64,000 nucleotides of DNA from positions 58,404,001-58,468,000 of the forward strand of contig JAGIQG010000005.1 of assembly GCA_024679065.1 (NCBI GenBank), given 5' to 3'. The stretch is from Sphyrna mokarran. Its lineage: Eukaryota. Positions 24,600 through 37,020 of the stretch are shown one piece after another (the first letter of the stretch is position 1; each line of letters starts with the position of its first letter). The notes beneath the pieces were generated by a model, which was not told where the DNA came from, did no database searches, and saw nothing but the letters and a program-made list of their open reading frames with translations. Both the position numbers and the translations under genes were made by a program.

Positions 24600-26295
24600 T
24601 TTTGATTTTGATTTATTATTGTCACATATATTAACATACAGTGAAAAGTATTGTTTCTTGCATGCTATGCAGTCAAAGCATAATGTTCATGGAGAAGGAA
24701 ATAAGAGAGTGCAGAGTGTAGTGTCACAGTCATAGCTAGTCTGACAGCAGCAGCAGAGAAGATGCTTTTGAGACAGTTGGTATGTAACCTCAAATTTTTG
24801 TCCCTTTTTCCCGATGGAAGAAGGGGGAAAAGAGATGTCCGAGATATGCCGGATCCTTTATTATGCTGGCTGCTTTGCTAAGGCAGCTGCAAATGTAGAC
24901 AGAGTCACTGGATAGGAGGCTGGTTTGTGAGATGGATTGGGCTATATTCACAAACTTTTGTAGTTCCTTGAGTCTTGGGCAGACAGCAGCCATACCAAGC
25001 TGTGATACAACCAGAAAGAATGCCTTCTATGGTGCATCTGAAAAAAGCTGGTTAGAGTTGCTTCTGATATGCCAGTTTTCCTTTGTCTTCTGAGAAAGTA
25101 CAGGGGTAAGTAGGCTTTCTTATTATAGTGTCAACATAGGGTGGGGGGAGGGTGGTGTGTGGAGGGGAATCTGTTGTTGGTGATCTGGATACCTAAAAAT
25201 TTGAAGTTCTTGACCCTTTCTACTTTGTTCCCATTGATATAGTTAGGGGTACGTTCTCCTTTACACTTCCTGGAGTCAATGCCAATCTCCTTCATTTTGT
25301 TGACATTGAGGGACAGGTTATTGTAATCACATCAGTTAACCAGATTCCTTATCTCATTTCTGTACTCTGTCTCATTATTGTTTGAGATCTGATCCACTAT
25401 GGGTAGTGTCATCAGCAAACTTGAAAAGCGAATTGGAGGGGAATTTGGCCACACAGTCTTATGTATCCAAGAATATAATAGGAGGCTGAGAACACAGCCT
25501 TGTGGTTATTGGTGTTGAGGATGATTGTGGGGGAGGTATTGTTGCCTGTCCTTATTGATTGTGGTCTGTGAGTTAGGAAGTTCAGAATCCAGTCACAGAG
25601 GGAGGTGCTGAGATGCAGACCGTGGAGTTTAGAGATGAGTTTTGTGGGAGTAATGCTGTTGAAGGCTGAGCTATAGTAAATAAGTAGGAGTCTGACATAG
25701 GTGTCCTTGTTATCTGGGAGTTCCAGGGTTGAGTGCAGGGCCTGGGAGATAGCGTCTGCTGTAGACCTGTTGTGGCGATAGGCAAACTGAAGTGGATCCA
25801 GGTAGTCCAGAAGGCTAGAATTAATTTGTGCCATGACTAGCCTTTTGAAGCATTTCATACTGATGGATTTCACAGCCACCTGCCGATAGTCATTAAGACA
25901 TGCTGTTTGGTTTTTCGTAGGCACTAGATGATGGTCGCCTTCTTGAAGCAGATAGGGACCTCAGATTGATGTGAAGAGAGGTCGAAGATCTCTGTGATTA
26001 CCCAGACAGCTGATACATGGAGGAGCTGAGTGCTTGTCCAGGCCAGTTGTTTTCTGTGGATTGACCTTTGAGAAAGCTGCTCTGACATCTGCAATAATAA
26101 CCCCAGATACAAGGTTTATCCAGGGGCTTCCAAGGTGGAAGCACACTCTCACTGACCTCTTGCTCAAAATGAACACAGAATGCATTGAGCTCATCAGGGC
26201 GTGGTGTGTTGGAGCCAGCAACCTTACATACCTTCATCTTGTAACCTATTAGATTTTGCCAGAGTTGGTGGGGGTCTGTGTGGTTAGCCTAGAGA
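24600..26295 (-). mobile_element. Rex1/Babar-type LINE, 5'-truncated
   Basis: ORF 25412-25924: CLNDYRQVA, LDPLQFAYRHNRSTADAI, YVRLLLIYYSSAFN; 3' tail TGTGACAATAATAAATCAAAATCA. Confidence 0.9.
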
Positions 26296-26524
26296 GCTCT
26301 CATCTTTCCAAGCTTAAAGTGTGATTATTATGAAATCAGGGATCCTAAAGACAACAAAAATATCCAAAATAGTGGCAGCCAGTGTCTATGATTGAATCAA
26401 ACACATATTAAGTTAATTGGGTGCTAGTTTGGAAAATCAACCCACATTAATGCTATAAGAAAAATCTAAGTGAATCATGTGAAAATGAAATATGAATTGT
26501 TTGATTTGATTTATCATTGTCACA

Positions 26525-28367
26525 TAGAACAAAGGACTAAGAACAAAGAAAATTACAGCACAGGAACAGGCCCTTCGGCCCTCCAAGCCTCCACCGACCA
26601 TGCTGCCCAACTTAAAACTCTCAACCCTTCTGGTGACCATATCACTCTATTCTCATCCTATTCATGTACTTGTCAAGACACCCCTTAAAAGTCACTACTA
26701 TATCCACTTCCACTATCTCCCCCGTCAACGAGTTCCAAGCACCCACTACTGTCTGTGTAAAAAAATCTGCCTCGTACATCTCCTTTAAACTTTGCCCCTC
26801 CTTTAAACCAAACAACATGCCTTAATGACCTTAAATCTGTGCCTCCTAGTAATTGATTTCCATCCTGAGAAAAATCTTCTGACTATCCACTCTGTCCATG
26901 ACTCTCATAATCTTGTAGACTTCTATCAGTTTGCCCCTCAACCTTCATCATTCTCGTGAGAACAAACCAATTTCTCCAACCTCTCCTTATTGCTGTTACC
27001 CTCCATACCAGGCAACATCCTGGTAAGTCTTTTCTGTACTGTCTCCAAAGTCTCCATATCCTTCTGGTAGTGTGACAACCAGAATTGAACACTATATTCC
27101 AATTGCGGCCTAACTAAGGTTCTATAAAACATACCTTGCCAATTTTTAAACTCAAAACCCCGGCCAATGAAGGCAAGCATGCCTTATGCCTTCTTGATAC
27201 CTTCTCCCTCTGAATTGCCACTTTCAGTGACCTGTACACCTGGATCCCTTTGTTTGTCAATATTCTTAAGGGTTCTGCCATTTACTGTATATTTCTTATC
27301 TATATTGGACTTTCCAAAATGCATTACCTCACAATTGTCCAGATTAAACTCCACCTGCCATCTCTCTGCCCAAGTCTCCAATTGATCTATACTCTGCTGT
27401 ATCCTCTGATGCTTCTCATCACTATCTGCAAATCCACCAATCTTTGTGTTGTCTGCAAACTTACTAATCAATCCAGTTACATTTTCCTCCAAATCATTTG
27501 TATATATTACAAACTGCAAAGTCCCAACACTGATCCCAAAGGAACACCACAGCCCTCCATTCAGAAATGCATCCTTCCACTGCTACCCTCTGTCTTCTTT
27601 GACCGAGCCAGTTTTGTTTCCATAGAACATAGAACATAGAACATTACAGCACAGAACAGGCCCTTCGGCCTTCGATGTTGTGCCGACCAAAATAAAAAGC
27701 AATGCCCCTCCAAACTAAACCATTCCCTTCTCTTCCATATACTTATCAACTAACCTCTTAAACGCCACCAAACTTGGCGCATCTACAACAGCTGCAGGCA
27801 GGGCATTCCACTCCCTAACCACCCTTTGGGTAAAGAACCTACCTCTGATATCCGTCCTATAACTATACCCCTTAATTTAAAGCTGTGTCCCCTCGTGCTA
27901 GCTTTCTCCATCCTAGGAAAAAGGCTATCACTGTCCACCCTATCTAAACCTCTAATCATCTTATATGCTTCAATAAGATCCCCTCTTAGCCGCCTCCTTT
28001 CTAACGAAAACAACCTCAAATCCTTCAACCTCTCTTCATAGGACCTGCCCTCCATACCAGGCAACATCCTGGTAAACCTCCTCTGTACCCTCTCCAATGC
28101 CTCCACATCTTTCTTATAATGTGGGGACCAGAACTGCACACAATACTCCAAGTGCGGCCGCACTAGAGTTTTGTACAGTTGCAACATGATGCTGCGGCTC
28201 CTAAATTCAATCCCCCTACCAATAAAAGCTAAGACTCCATATGCCTTCTTAACAACTTTATCCACTTGACTGCCTACTTTCAGGGATCCATCTTGCTAGC
28301 TCTCCTCTGATTCCATGCGATTTCACCTCCTGCACCAGTCTGCCACGAGGGACCTTGTCAAAGTCCT
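26525..28367 (-). mobile_element. CR1 LINE (GAACAAA-tail subfamily), itself interrupted by a young CR1
   Basis: ORFs 27184-27519 (ISKFADNTKIGG) and 26938-27180 (LVRPQLEYSVQFW); resumes at ~28290-28367. Confidence 0.9.
27622..28289 (-). mobile_element. Young CR1/HER1-type LINE, 5'-truncated
   Basis: ORF 27783-28265 (LYKTLVRPHLEYCVQFWSP); (TGTTCTA)n tail; TCCAT at both junctions; near-identical to 29746-30390. Confidence 0.95.
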
Positions 28368-29579
28368 TATATGTATTAACATACAGTGAAAAGTATTGTT
28401 TCTTGTGCACTGTACAGGCAAAACATACCCTTCATAGAGAAGGAAATGACAGAGTGCAGAATGAGGTGTTATAGTCATGGTTAGGGTGCAGAGAAAAATC
28501 AACTTAATGTAAACTAAGTCCATTCAAAAGCCTGAGAGCAGCAGGGAAGAAATTGTTCTTGAATTGGTTGGTACGTAACATCAAACTTTGTATCTTTTTC
28601 CCAAAGGAAGAAGATGGAAGAGAGGATGTCCGGTGTTCACTGGTTCTTTCATTATGCTAGCTGCTTTGCCAAGACAGCGGAAAGTTTAGACAGAGTCAAA
28701 GGGTGGGAGGCTGCTTTGCGCAATGGATTGGACTATATTCACTACCTTTTGTAGTTCGTCTTGGGCGAGCAGAAGCCATACCAAGTTGTGATACAGTGAG
28801 AAAGAATACTTTCTATAATGCATCTGTAAAAGTTGGTGGGAGTTGTAGCTGACATGCTGAATTTCCTTTGTTTTTTGAGAAAGTAGAAGCATTGATGGGC
28901 TTTCTTAACTATAGTGCTGGCATGGGGGTCCAGGACAGCTTGTTGTGATCTGGACACCTAAAAATTTGAATTTCCCAACCCTTTCTACTTCATTCCTGTT
29001 GATGTATTCAGGGCATGTGTCCTTTACGCTTCGTGAAGTTGATGACAATCTTTTTCATTTTGTTGACATTGAAGGAGAGATTATTGTTGCCGCACCAGTT
29101 TACCAGATTCTCTATTTCATTCCTGTACTCTGTCTCATCATTGTTTGAAATCTGACCTACTAAGGTGGTGTAGTCAGCAAACTTGAATGTTGAACGGAGG
29201 GCAATTTGGCCATACAGTCATAGGTGTATAAGGAATTTGGTAGGGAGCTGAGAACACAGCCTTATTGTGATGGACGATGTTGCAGATGATCGTGAAAGTT
29301 GCGTTGTTGCCTATTTTTACTGATTGTGATCTGTGAGTTCAGGATCCAGTTGCCAAGGTTTGTTTATTGGCTTAGCAGTGAATAAACAGCCACAGCTCAT
29401 AATGACTTGGAAAATTCATGGTGTTGTCAAGGGATCAGCAAAATTTAAACAGCAGTGCAGACTGACATTCAATAGTTCCTTTGAACAATGAAGCAGATGT
29501 CAGCTGTATCCTGCTGTGGGCAGGATTGAATTTATTTAACAGCTGGAAGCTCACTGAAGAGGGCAGCAAAAATCCAAAC

Positions 29580-31015
29580 ATTTGTGTGGAGTTTGCACAT
29601 TCTTCTCGTGTCTGCATGGGTTTCCTCTGGGTGCTCCAGTTTCCTCCCACAGTCCAAAGATGTGCGGGTTAGGTTGATTGGCCATGCTAAAATTGCCCCT
29701 TAGTGTCCTAAAATGCTTAGATTAGAGGAGTTAGTGGGTAATAATATAGAACATAGAACATTACAGCACAGAACAGGCCCTTCGGCCTTCGATGTTGCGC
29801 CGACCAATATAAAAAGCAATGCCCCTCAAACTAAACCATTCCCTTCTCTTCCATATACTTATCAACTAACCTCTTAAACGCCACCAAACTTGGCGCATCT
29901 ACAACTGCTGCAGGCAGGGCATTCCACTCCCGAACCACCCTTTGGGTAAAGAACCTGCCTCTGATATCCGTCCTATAACTATCACCCCTTAATTTAAAGC
30001 TGTGTCCCCTCGTGCTAGCTTTCTCCATCCTAGGAAAAAGGCTATCACTGTCCACCCTATCTAAACCTCTAATCATCTTATATGTTTCGATAGGTCCCCT
30101 CTTAGCCGCCTCCTTTCTAACGAAAACAACCTCAAATCCCTCAGCCTCTCCTCATAAGACCTGCCCTCCATACCAGGCAACATCCTGGTAAACCTCCTCT
30201 GTACCCTCTCCAATGCCTCCACATCTTTCTTATAATGTGGGGACCAGAACTGCACACAATACTCCAAGTGCGGCCGCACTAGAGTTTTGTACAGTTGCAA
30301 CATGACGTTGCGGCTCCGAAATTCAATCCCTCTACCAATAAAAGCTAAGACTCCATATGCCTTCCTAACAACCTTCTCGACCTGACTGCCTACTTTCAGG
30401 GATCTATGCACATACACACCAAGATCCCTCTGTTCATCTAGACTACTAAGAATCCTACCATTTGCCCTATACTCTACACATTTATTATTTCTGCCATAGT
30501 GCATTACCTCACACTTTTCCACATTAAACTCCATTTGCCACCTCTCGGCCCAGCTCTGCAACTTGTCCAAGTCCCTCTGCAAACTATAACACCCCTCTTC
30601 ACTATCTACCACTCCACCGACTTTAGTGTCATCTGCAAATTTACTAATCCATCCTTCAATACCCTCATCCAGATCATTTATAAAAATTACAAACAGCAGG
30701 GGCCCCAAAACAGACCCCTGAGGTACACCACTTGTCACCGAACTCCACGATGAATATCTCCCATCAACACCACCCTCTGTCTTCTATCTGCTAGCCAATT
30801 CCTAATCCAATTAGCTAAATCACCCTCTATCCCATACATCTGCATTTTCTGTAGAAGTCTTCCATGGGCCACCTTATCAAACGCCTTACTAAAGTCCATA
30901 AATATGTCCATAATATGCAGGGATATGGGCGTAGGGCTTAGATGGGATTGTGGTCAGTGAAGATTCGATGGGCCAAAGCGCCTCTTTCTGCATTGTAGAG
31001 TTCCATGATTCTATA
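29580..31015 (+). mobile_element. HE1-like SINE (29580-29745 and ~30912-31015) split by a young CR1
   Basis: Core TGTGTGGAGTTTGCACATTCT...; 3' half resumes after 30911; AAACAT on both flanks. Confidence 0.88.
29746..30905 (-). mobile_element. Young CR1/HER1-type LINE, 5'-truncated, RT motifs intact
   Basis: ORF 30073-30738 with GVPQGSVLGP and FADD; 1-nt deletion near 30090 relative to the 27622 copy; (TGTTCTA)n tail. Confidence 0.96.
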
Positions 31016-31791
31016 AACATACAGTTTAAAGATTTTGCACCCGTCTCCAGTCAAAATTAAATCATTGCATCTACCGGCCTCTGCCAGGAACTAGGTGAGC
31101 CTAATGATAACTTTGCAATAGATACAGCTCAGGAATGTAAGTTTAAGGACAGAGCCAAAAGATCAACTAATTTGAGGTACTGCACACCTTGCAATATATA
31201 AAAGCGCTAATTAGGAAGGACAAACTCACAATATCGTTGGATGTAGACACCACCAGAGCATGCACAGCTACTAATAGCCAGTGGACACTCAGGTAAACCA
31301 AATGAAAAGCAGTAAGATTAATGCAGTGCAGCAGCAATGAAAGAATGTATTAAAGAGAAAGATGTGCTAAAGAGAGAGTGTGGACATTAATTCACAGCCA
31401 GCAGGAAATGGGTTCTGCATATGATTTAATCTTTCAAGCTTGTGAAGGACCAGTCATTGGCGCAAGGTGTGCAGAACCAAGATAGATGAGGCTCCAGAGC
31501 CACACCAACTGGACAAATGGACAATAAAATGCAATAAACCATCCATACACTGGAAGATGATGGTGAATTTCAGAACATGGCTGATATAGGACAATTTCAG
31601 GGAAGAGAGATTCACATGACCATTCAAATCAGGCAGTGGATAAGAGAAAAAACCAACGATAATAAATCTGAAGGCAGAAATTGATACCAGGGCACAAAGT
31701 AACATTGTACCCTCAGGTCTACCAGAAGATCTTTCCTGCAAATTTGGAAGAAAATGACTCTCCAATGAAAGGTATTCTGAAATTGAACAAT

Positions 31792-31904
31792 GGGTGGGAT
31801 TTTACTACCTTGCTCAGGTGAAGTCGGAAAATTCCACTTGAGGACAATGGAAGTTTTTTTCTGCAAGCCTCGCCTACCCTGGAATTGGCAGTAAAATTCC
31901 AACC
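31792..31904. mobile_element. 113-bp MITE with 18-bp imperfect TIRs and 3-bp TSD (AAT), PIF/Harbinger-like
   Basis: GGGTGGGATTTTACTACC ... GGCAGTAAAATTCCAACC, AAT on both sides; removal restores the Gypsy frame KLNNIMLTG. Confidence 0.75.
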
Positions 31905-32830
31905 AATATCATGCTAACAGGGGAAGTGAGATTCAGCAACAAGACAAACTCAAATCAGAGGGACACATGAAGGAAAAAATGTTAACAGTACATTCTATGT
32001 CATTGGAACCAATAGGGTTGTGCAGTCATAGAAGAGCTGTAGATTCTTTCAGGAAATATGAGATGAAGAAGGAGATAGTGAGGGTTGGAGAAGATACACT
32101 CATTGAAAAGTGCCCTCTGATCAAATGCAAAAACATGCCAGTGTTTTAATGGGACAGTTGGGTACTTTGAAGATTTTGAGTATCATATCATTATTGACTC
32201 ACTGATTCAACTAGTCATTTAAACCATCTTAAGTACCAAGAGAAAACTAAAAGGAAGTCTGAAAAAACCTCTAATAAATGGAAGGAAAGAAAAGTCACAG
32301 ACCCTGCAGATTGAATAAATTCCATCAGCGTGAGAGAGAAGCCAAATGGATGGCTAAGAATTTGCCTGGATCCTAAAGATCTTTATTAAGCCATTAATAG
32401 GCATCAATATCCCATCCAGTGCTGAAAGAGATTACACCAACCATAGCTGGAGCAGAAGGTTTCAGTGAACTCTATGCCAGGAATGGCTACTGGAACGTGA
32501 AACTAGATGCAAAATCTTTGCTTTTAATAAAGTTTTCATAGTGGAGGACATTTGAACCATCTCAACAGTAACAGGCAATGCAGAAGTTATTGAAAAGGTA
32601 ATCTAAAACAATTGCCATCAATAGGGAAAAAATACTGAGCAAGTTATTGGAATTAAAGGCAGAAAAGTCGCTTGGATTGGTGGCCTACATCCCACGATCC
32701 TAAAGGAAGTGGCAGCACAGATAGTGGAGACAATGGTGATATTCTTACAAAGTTCCCTGGGTTCTGGAAAGATTTCAATTGATTTGAAAAACACTAATGT
32801 AATTCCCCCATGCCAAAAGAGAGAAAGGAG

Positions 32831-33148
32831 GAATCATAGAATCCCTACAGTGCAGAAGGAGGCCATTTGGCCCATCAATTATGTATTGACCACAATTCCA
32901 CCCAAATCCTATCCCTTAACCCCATGTACTTACCTTGCTATTCCCTCAACAATATGGGCAATTTACCACAGCCAGTTCAGCTAACCTACCCATCTTTGGA
33001 CTTTGGGAGGAAACCGGAGCACCTAGAGAACACCCTCACAGACACAAGGAGAACACACAAATTCCACCCCTCACCTGAGGCCAAAATTGAACCCAGGTCT
33101 CTGGTACCGTGAGACAGCAGTGCTAACTACTGTACCACCCTGCCACTC
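32831..33148 (-). mobile_element. HE1-like SINE, CR1-type tail
   Basis: Tail CATAGAATCCCTACAGTGCAGAAGG, core, B-box AATTGAACCCAGG. Confidence 0.9.
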
Positions 33149-33149
33149 A

Positions 33150-33358
33150 AGGTGATTTTTCTCCCTAAATATCATTAGTGAATCAGATGAGTTTTATGAG
33201 AAATCAACCATTTGTTTCATGGTCATTGAACTTTTAATTCCAAATTTTTAAAATACTGGATTAAAATTTCACCATCTGCGGAGGTGGGATTCAAACCCAG
33301 GTCTCCAGGCTATTACTCTGGATTGCCAGTGAAAATACCACTAGCTACTGCCTCCCCG
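33150..33358 (-). mobile_element. SINE family B (head and body)
   Basis: Minus strand GGGGAGGCAGTAGCTAGTGG..CTGGGTTTGAATCCCACC. Confidence 0.75.
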
Positions 33359-35661
33359 CACTACAGATCAGTTGGTTTAACGTTTGTCATTGGGAAATCA
33401 TTGGAATCCATCATGAAGGAATTTGTAACGGGACATTTGGAAAGTCAAAATGCAATCCATTAGAGTTAGCAAGGTTTTTTGAAGGATAATTCGTGTTTGA
33501 CTAATTTGCTAGAGTTCTTCGAAGATGTGACAAGCAAAGTGGATAAGAAGAGTTCTGTAGGTATAGTATATCTGGATTTCCATAAGGCATTTGATAAGAT
33601 GCTGTAATAAAAGGTTAATATACAAGAGATTTCAGGGCGATGGGGATAACATATTAACTTAAACAGAAAATTGGCTAACAAACAAAAAACATAGAGTGGG
33701 TATGGTAAATATTTTGCTGGTTGGCAAGATGTAACTAATGGTATGGCACAGGGTTCAATCATCGAGTCCCAACTATTTACAATTTATATTAACAACTTGG
33801 ATTCAGACAACACTAAAATAGGTGAGAGAGCAAATTGCAATGAAGAAATAAAAAATTTAAAAATGGATATGGATAGTTAGGTGAATGGGCCAAAATTTGG
33901 CAGATGGAATTTAGCATGGATAAGTGTGAGGTCATCCATTCTGGTAGGAGAAATAAAAATTTATGACTTAAATGGAGAGAACTTTAAAATGTTTTAGTGC
34001 AGAGTGATCTGGTTACCCTTGTGCACGAATTGCAGAATGTTAATATGCTGGTACAGGTGGTAATAAGTAAAGCACATGGAATTTTGGTATGCATTGCTTT
34101 TGGAATAGAGTATAAAAGTAGGGAACTGTTGTTGCAAATGTTTAGGGAATTAGTGAGATTGGATCTGGAATACTGCAGACAATTTTGGTCCCCTTACTTG
34201 AGGAGAGATGTAAATGCAATTAGAGACAGTTCAAAGAAGGTTCACTAGCTTCATTCCAGAGATGAAGAACTGTCTTATGAAGAGAGATTGAGCAGTTGAA
34301 GTCTATACGCATTGGAATTTAGAAAAATAAGAGATTTTATTGAGGTGCATAAGATCCTCAAGGGGTTAAAGATTGAGGTAGAGCAGGGTCCTTGTTGGAC
34401 ATTCTAGAATGAGAGGCCATACTTTTAGACTTAATGGGTGACAGATTTAAAACAAAAATGAGGAGGAATTATTTCAAAGGGTTTTGAATCTGTGGACTTC
34501 TCTACCTCAGTAGACACTGAACACGAAATAAATTTAAGGAGCAGATAGATAAGTTTTTAATTATTAGAGGATGAAGGGTTATGAGGAGTGGGCAGGAATG
34601 TGGAAATGAGGCTAAAATGAGATCCACCATGATTGTATAAAATGGCAGTACAGGCTTGAAGGGCTGAATTGCCTACTTCTGCTCCCAGTTCTTATGTTCT
34701 TATGTAAGCCAAGATACCTTCAAACAGATAATAGGACATACTGGGGAAGCAAAGGAGCAGTCAGCTCCAGGTGTACGATGTGGATGATAAAGATTATCTA
34801 CTACCCTCCACATGAAGCCATAGAATCAGAAAGCTGGAATATGTTAAATACTTCTAAGTGCATTATGAAAATAGCAGAATACCAGTTCTTCAAAATAGTG
34901 TACACACCTGGTGGAATCAAGCTGAGCTCTGAAAGAATTATGGCAATTTCAGCCCCAAGAGATGACAGAGAGTTGAGTAATTTCCTTGGCTTGATCCAAT
35001 AAATGAGCTTCTCCGTAATCACGTATGTCAGAGCACACAGCAAACCTGATGAAAGAAGATACAGAGTACCAGTGAGGTAATACACCAGGAGACAAGAGTG
35101 TCATACTACAATAGAGAGAAGCCTAACATGCTGAAAGTTAACACTTCTAACTAAAAGTTGCCTCAGTCAAAGAGGGAAAACCAATAGCATTCATATCCAA
35201 AGCTCTAAGTTTGACTGGGTCCAGATATGCTAAAAGAAAGAGAGCTTTTGGTAGTCGCACAAGGATGTGAGAAATTCCATGCATATCTCTACGGGAGAAG
35301 CTTCACAGTGGAGACTGATCGTCATCTACTATAGCAAATCTGCAAGAAAAATCAGTATAAAGGACCAGCAAGATTGCAAAGGTTGTTCCAGAGGCTACAA
35401 ATTTCACTCTTAAATGCAAATCAAATTTAGAAATTATACTGGCAGATATTCTACCTCAATTCCACCACAGGAGAAATATGAGATAGTTGATCTAGACATA
35501 CAGATTCATCACCTACTGAATGTAACATCTCTGAAACTGAGTCAAATTAGAGATAAAACCAGTAAAGAAGAAGAGTTACAGATTTCTCTCAACTGGTGAT
35601 CCTGGGATAGCCTGATAGTACACAGCCAGCAATATAGCAGTATTGATCCAGTAAAGAAGAT

Positions 35662-37020
35662 GGGCACAATTCTCCCATTTTGAGGCTAAGTGCCCATACC
35701 TGTGGGAAATTGGGGATGTTTCCTGCTGGTTTTGGCAGCATTTTCAGGTATGATTCATCCAACTGAAAGATGCTAATAAGCTCATTTCAAGCCCCACTAT
35801 TCGAGACTGGGCTGCCATTTTTAAATGGCTTTCAATCTCTGGGCTTGGAGACAGCCTCCACCGTGCCCCCCCATCTCATGCAAAAAATGAAATAGTGCCC
35901 CCTATACTGACTGGAGAGAACCACAAACCTCTCACTAGGAGGACATCCTCCCCATCCTCTCCCCAAAAATAATGGGTTAAATCCCCTGTGCACCACAAAC
36001 ATGAGGGTGACCCAACCCATCTCTTTCCCCATTCAGACCCCTATGCCCTCAGAGCCCCCACACAGCCCTCTTCCCTCACAGACCCCCTCCCCACCCAGTC
36101 TCACTTCAGACCACGTGCCTTGACAGTGCCACCGGGGAACAGCCTCCAGCATCCTGGCACTGACACCTTAGCCTGTTTCTTGTAGCCCTGAGGGGGCTCA
36201 AGGAGGTAGGTCCAGTGGCCACCTGCCCCTTTGCTGCTTCCAAACTGCAGAGAGTGGCTCCCTTAAGGATCTTGGGGGTTGGATGGGATCAGGCTGCGGG
36301 AAAGGATTAATTTTTCCACTCTAAATGGGGATGGAGGTGTTGTGGCTGAACTGCCCCTTCTAGCTCTGGCAGATCTGAAGTTCATCTTAAACATGGTGAT
36401 TTCAGGTAGCCCTGTGATCAGTATCTGTATTGCTGCCTGTCAGTTGTGCAAATTCAGAATTGGCTAGGGAACTTTAAACTCTGTGCCCCCCTCACCCCAT
36501 CACCTGGTTAGCTTTTAAATCGTTGCAGTATCCATTCTATAGATTTCCCTTTCTTCTGCCAAAAGCGGCAGACGAAAGCAAGACTCCTTTGAAGTCCTTG
36601 ACAGCGAAGAGATATCAATTTCATTTGGAAGAGATGGCGGCGGCGGCAGCGGGGGGGTGGGGGGCAGGTGTTCAGTCTCCCCACCTGTGCACTCAACCCC
36701 AACATATGCACACAATTTTGATTAGAAGATGCTGTGGCTTCCCAACAAGCAGAAATTGTTGAAACCCTCTTCATTGCATTTGAAACCTTTGATCTATAAT
36801 GAATTCAAGTTCAACACCTTGTAAAAGATGCAGCTGTCAGATCAATGGATGTCTATCATTTTCTAACCATCTGTTTTTTTTTTGATTCAGGGTTGATCCT
36901 GACTGCAATATAAACAGAGTCCAATCCTGATTGGCAACCTGTGGTTTCACTTCCTCTTGCAAACCGCAGATTAACATTGGGATTCCCACCAGTCATCTGA
37001 AGGGGTTGACGAATTGCCCC
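35662..37020. mobile_element. Non-autonomous Harbinger-like DNA element inserted in the Gypsy integrase N-terminus
   Basis: Imperfect termini GGGCACAATTCTC / GACGAATTGCCCC; Gypsy coding resumes immediately (DMSAEDGVLL); internal segment homologous to 58585-58775. Confidence 0.6.

Larger units (their letters stand above)
26498..29357 (-). mobile_element. Second Rex1/Babar copy, split by a CR1 insertion near its 3' end (pieces 26498-26525 and ~28368-29357)
   Basis: Tail TTGATTTGATTTATCATTGTCACAT stops at 26525 and resumes at GTATTAACATACAGTGAAAAGTATTG (~28373), as in the contiguous copy at 24603-24655; IVKKAHQCFYFL..FYRCIIESIL. Confidence 0.85.
32540..34702 (+). mobile_element. Older CR1 LINE inside the Gypsy RT
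   Basis: GLHPTILKEVA, CLTNLLEFFE, YLDFHKAFDK, LEYCRQFWSPYL; tail TTCTTATGTTCTTATGT. Confidence 0.9.

Noticed and set aside
30073-30738. Intact-looking reverse transcriptase ORF as a host gene or retron-like system
   Set aside because: Ordinary 5'-truncated, frameshifted CR1 ORF2 with a LINE tail.
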